From the IMG/VR virus record IMGVR_UViG_3300037797_000045, positions 1 through 40,769 of that record: a stretch of DNA of 40,769 bases; one strand, written 5' to 3'. Each line of letters begins with the position of its first letter. Within the stretch, counting starts at the first letter, position 1. The notes below the pieces were generated by a model. The model worked only from the letters and a program-made list of their open reading frames with translations, was not told where the DNA came from and did no database searches. The position numbers and the translations under genes are program-made. Of this stretch, positions 40,633 to 40,769 are shown piece after piece. This DNA comes from a virus (lineage: Duplodnaviria > Caudoviricetes).

Positions 40633-40691
40633 CGGTAGGACTCTGGCCTTTGAAGCCGGCAACCGTGGTTCGAATCCACGCGGGGGAACCA
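40618..40691 (+). tRNA. tRNA-Gln(UUG)
   Basis: Acceptor TCCCCCG/CGGGGGA, D stem GTCT/GGAC, anticodon arm CTGGC-CTTTGAA-GCCGG, T arm CGTGG-TTCGAAT-CCACG, discriminator A, encoded CCA. Confidence 0.92.
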
Positions 40692-40769
40692 CCTTCAGGA
40701 TGGAGGCTGCGGGCGGCGCAAAGCCTAGTTACCACCGGCCTCGCCTTCGTGCCACCGGAGGCGTGTGCG

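Noticed and set aside
1-40769. CRISPR array, IS/transposase, reverse transcriptase/DGR, rRNA, terminal repeats
   Set aside because: I saw no regularly spaced repeat-spacer array, no DDE or RT motifs, no rRNA-like sequence and no identity between the window ends.

Overview
The window looks like an essentially complete, circularly permuted genome of a GC-rich temperate podovirus with P22/lambdoid architecture. The host is probably an alphaproteobacterium, possibly a sphingomonad (inference). The minus strand carries the rightward early operon (cro, CII-like regulator, two DNA methyltransferases, VRR-NUC nuclease, replication initiator with iterons, putative late regulator) and the late operon (terminase, P22-like portal, scaffold and coat, tail and ejection proteins, endolysin, holin, spanins). 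The plus strand carries cI, the leftward early operon (ERF, HNH, YqaJ, Ref-like), xis/int, an intact attP (3' half of tRNA-Arg(CCG)), accessory ORFs, a SLOG-family gene and a complete tRNA-Gln(UUG). The most unusual content is: (1) three copies of a tRNA-shaped, C4-like ncRNA scaffold with variable central arms, each with its own promoter; (2) a ~340-nt structured antisense RNA where a helicase/loader gene would normally follow the initiator; (3) two GT-A glycosyltransferases inside the virion gene block, one fused to a SAM methyltransferase (candidate virion glycosylation); (4) a polyproline peptide coupled to a membrane protein heading the lysis genes. Family calls come from motif recognition by eye and RNA structures were folded by hand. 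No searches were run.
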